DNA of 64,000 nucleotides from positions 29,379 through 93,378 of the forward strand of contig CAVZSS010000009.1 of NCBI GenBank assembly GCA_963777965.1, written 5' to 3'. The position numbers were made by a program, and so were the translations under genes. Of the stretch, positions 62,654 through 64,000 are shown in pieces. The stretch is from an uncultured Chloroflexia bacterium. Its GTDB lineage: Bacteria > Chloroflexota > Anaerolineae > Anaerolineales > UBA4823. The first letter of the stretch is position 1; each line of letters starts with the position of its first letter. A model generated the notes under the pieces. The model saw nothing but the letters and a program-made list of their open reading frames with translations. It was not told where the DNA came from and made no database searches.

Positions 62654-63080
62654 TGTGGATATAGAAAAATAACCACTATCCATCATTATTTACTTTATTT
62701 TCCTGTCTCTCAATAAATTGTGGATAACTGCCTAAATTCTGTGGATAAGTCAGCTTAATTGTGGATAACTCCCCAAGAATTGTGCGTGTTGGTTGGATAA
62801 TGGGTCTCCTTTTGTGTATAAAAAGCCTGTGTTATTCCTAAAATCCATACCAAGCACGGCTTTGCTCAGGAGAGTTCTTTTTATCCACATTTTTATTTAT
62901 CCTCTGTGTGGATAATATTTACATCCTCTTTACCCATATAGACATGATGTTGAGCATTCACCACCATCTATAAGTAAACTTCTATTCTAAATACCTCCTA
63001 TCCACATTTCCACATACTCTACTACGACTACTATTATTAAATATATATTGATCATATGTTATTTATATAAACAACTATAC
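62654..63080. other. DnaA-box cluster plus AT-rich tract: candidate replication origin (oriC) or DnaA-binding locus
   Basis: Perfect TGTGGATAA at 62719, 62740, 62760 and 62907. Perfect TTATCCACA at 62881. 8/9 matches at 62654 and 62998, and a 7/9 match at 62792. Almost pure A/T at 63031-63080. Confidence 0.6.
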
Positions 63081-63137
63081 ATCTCCCTAAATTAGACCTT
63101 CAAGAGATGTAAGATATGGCACGCTTATTTAATTCAG

Positions 63138-64000
63138 CTATTGTTCATTGAATACAAGGGTTAGGAAGAACTGCTCTATTCTTTGCAAAAACGGGAAGTC
63201 AAGTGTGGTGAGCATATCTGCGAAAACTTCCACTTCATCGATTGTAGCAGGCAGGTACCCATATGAGGAGGTAGTGACGGTATAGGTATCTGCCAGTAGT
63301 GTGCGGGTATAGTATCCGCTGTCATCCGTGGTAGCTTGGTAAGTATGACCCTGCCCATTAACTGCCAGCACAGTTGCTCCCACGAGAGGTGTTCCCCAGG
63401 TGTATGCAGTTACGTGACCATCCGAAGCGCCTAATCCACTGGGATTCAGGCAGTCGCTCATGTGGGCATAGGTACCAATAGAAGCTTTGACGAAATCAGT
63501 GAAGTATGAAGGATTGGTATTGGCAGGCTTGTCATTAGGAGTGTGGTAATAAGGGTTAAAATCATCAATCCCTTCTATAGCGAGGATGGCTGGATAGCCA
63601 TGATCTAAAAATGAGGTATGGTCGCTTGAGCCAGCATAACTTGTTCCGATTACGGGCTGAAGATTGAGGTTGTAAGAGTCAACAACACCTGAAAATAGAT
63701 TAGCCAGATCTAGCGAAGGAGGCATGGATGGAAGGTATCCAAGAAAAATACTTGCAGGGCTGTTTGGTGTGTTCCAGGCAATCATATCCAGGTTCAAATA
63801 ACCCAGGATGTTATCTCCATTTTTATAGGCTCTCTGGGCATAAGCATGGCTTCCGTTAATCCCAGTTCCTCGCCGGTCCAAAAAGCAAATCGCAGCGTGA
63901 AGCCCCAGTCGTGTTGTGAGAGGATATCCACGGCCAGCAAGGTGGCTACCAATCCGCTGGCATTGTCGTCTGCACCTGGAGCGCCTTGGACATCATCGAT
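63138..64000 (-). pseudogene. M28 family aminopeptidase with a C-terminal carboxypeptidase-regulatory-like domain; frame break; 5-prime end off the window
   Basis: Hand translation of 63882-64000 gives IDDVQGAPGADDNASGLVATLL…FAFWTGEELGL, which continues as NGSHAYAQRAY… in ORF 63138-63881. One A appears to be missing in an A-run near 63856. Confidence 0.75.

Overview
64-kb chromosomal segment. It is probably from a Chloroflexota (Anaerolineae-like) bacterium, inferred only from gene content and the recurrent Thr/Pro-rich linkers. Intact housekeeping genes: greA, lysS, glmU, cdd, rsgA, a PBP2-type transpeptidase, maf, xpt, guaA, ssb, ychF, tRNA-Gln(UUG) and two tRNA-Leu(CAA). Accessory content: three tandem M42 peptidases, a BMP-family (nucleoside-type) ABC uptake operon, two tandem Opp/Dpp-type peptide ABC systems with two family-5 binding-protein genes, an ECF sigma factor and an orphan response regulator. 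Observations worth a second look: (1) A 544-bp AT-rich intergenic region (62594-63137) has five perfect and three near-perfect DnaA boxes next to an almost pure A/T tract, making it a candidate oriC with no dnaA in the window. (2) A roughly 5-kb AT-richer island is bracketed by two identical full-length tRNA-Leu(CAA) copies; it carries a damaged tyrosine integrase, an AAA+/DUF4143 ATPase, Zn-finger ORFs and an ArsM-like methyltransferase. (3) That methyltransferase has an in-frame TGA exactly at a family-conserved Cys codon, either selenocysteine or a nonsense lesion. (4) An OppB-OppC fusion ORF is joined by a roughly 160-codon Arg/Cys/His-rich linker that is open only in the fusion frame. (5) About 20 frameshift or nonsense lesions are confined to about 12 accessory genes and absent from housekeeping genes; several lie in homopolymers, so either real pseudogenisation or locally poor consensus. 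(6) A 1.2-kb gene-free region carries a near-consensus extended -10 promoter and REP-like hairpins. (7) A riboswitch-like structured leader lies inside the island. No CRISPR array, transposase or rRNA was seen.
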